NCBI RefSeq assembly: GCF_006345805.1
Contig: NC_043000.1
Location: 54,312,001 to 54,376,000 of the forward strand
DNA from: Octopus sinensis
Lineage: Eukaryota
DNA length: 64,000 bases
Direction of reading: 5' to 3'
Each line of letters begins with the position of its first letter. Positions within the stretch are counted from its first letter, which is position 1. A program made the position numbers and the translations under genes. This document shows positions 62,702 through 64,000 of this stretch, in pieces. A model generated the notes under the pieces. It did no database searches. It was not told the origin of the DNA and saw nothing but the letters and a program-made list of their open reading frames with translations.

Positions 62702-64000
62702 ATGTTGTACATAAGTGTGCATGTGTCTGTGTGAATATGTGTGTGTGTACACACACACACACACACGCACATAAATACATATATGTATGCGCATCTTTTA
62801 TTTTTCATTAAATACATTTATTCATATATTGAGATATATTCACTTTGTTGTTCTGCCAAACCCAAACACACATATACATAGACACATGTATGTGTACACA
62901 CACATGTGTATGTAAATGTATCTGCATATATAAATATGAGAGTAGTAATGTTTATGTGTGTGGATATGTGGTGGTAGCCATATTAGTTTTTTTGGCAAGA
63001 AGGTAGTGGCACACTGGTTGAAAACTGTATTTAAAAAATGATCAGAAATAAGACCTATTTTGCATGTGAAGACAGATGAAGTGAAATAAAATTGTATATA
63101 ATCATTTCTCTGTTGAAATAAACAAATATTGTATGTTCTTGCTTGTTTGCTTTTTTCTTTTACAAAAATCCCCCCAAAACAGACATCTTGTTGTCAAAAG
63201 ATGATTTATCATCACTTTTGACAAAATTGATAAAATTTTCCTGATCATAAATTTGGAAGATAACTGTAAATAACAATTATAGTGTTTTGCAAAACGTTAC
63301 AGCCTAGGTAACTTTTACCTTCTTTTTTCTTTTAGCTATTTGAATGTGATTCAACATAACCCTATGAAATGCAGAACAATGATTTTAAAGTCTTTATTTG
63401 ATATTTTAGAATTATTTGAGTATATATATATTTAGTTATGAAAGTCAGACTGAAGTTGGATCTGGATAACTTGAATTAAAACAAACTTAAAGTAAAATTA
63501 TGTGAGAAACAATCATTTCTTGTATTGACAGTGGGGCATATAACTTTGAAAAATGCTTATTTGAGTTAATTTTCTACAGCCGCCAGTGCAAATGCATAGT
63601 TTGGCAACCTTTATTGGAAAAAGATGTACTGGCCTGCAACTCTGTTGTTATTTAGCTTCAGCATATTTCTAATTGATCAAACAGCCCCTAGATCAGAGCA
63701 TTCTGCCCATTGCCACCATACTCTTTTTCTGAGACCAAGTAGCTAAAATTATATTATCCAGCAGTTATTTCGTTTTTCGTGTTGGTAAGGTGTGATTCAA
63801 GGGAAATTTGGCTGTTATTATAGAACTTTGACAGACTAAGTAGAACCTTCCTAACTGGCTCGTCTTAATATCTGAGACTGGATGTTTAGGTTTGGATACA
63901 CAAGTATGTTTCATCTGATGTCTATATATTTCATCTGTTGCACATTTTGAATTTATCCAGATAAATTCAAAATGTAATATCTTTAATGAATTTACACCAT

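Overview
AT-rich eukaryotic DNA dense in microsatellites. The SINE families and (TA)n/(TAGA)n/(ATT)n load are most consistent with a coleoid cephalopod such as Octopus (inference, not verified). Almost every ORF in the supplied track is translated microsatellite or chance. Recognisable content is mobile DNA: at least five tRNA-derived SINE families, RTE-clade LINE 3' ends, an R4/Dong-like RLE LINE 3' end, a gag-only (CCHC) retroelement with a 13-bp TSD, five Penelope-like element (PLE) RT/GIY-YIG fragments, maT (DD37D), mariner and Tc1 relics, hAT and TTAA MITEs, and a non-autonomous Helitron. The most striking signal is a cluster of roughly 15 type-I minimal hammerhead ribozyme (HHR) motifs from several unrelated sequence families, ranging from intact to degenerate. 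They sit (i) in fold-back elements that often carry a one-sided 3' extension, (ii) behind a PLE endonuclease, and (iii) at the 3' end of a tRNA-headed SINE. One copy of that SINE lies in a single TSD-flanked insertion together with a Penelope ORF fragment. No host gene could be named; a low-confidence minus-strand exon chain with RhoGAP-like spacing is proposed.
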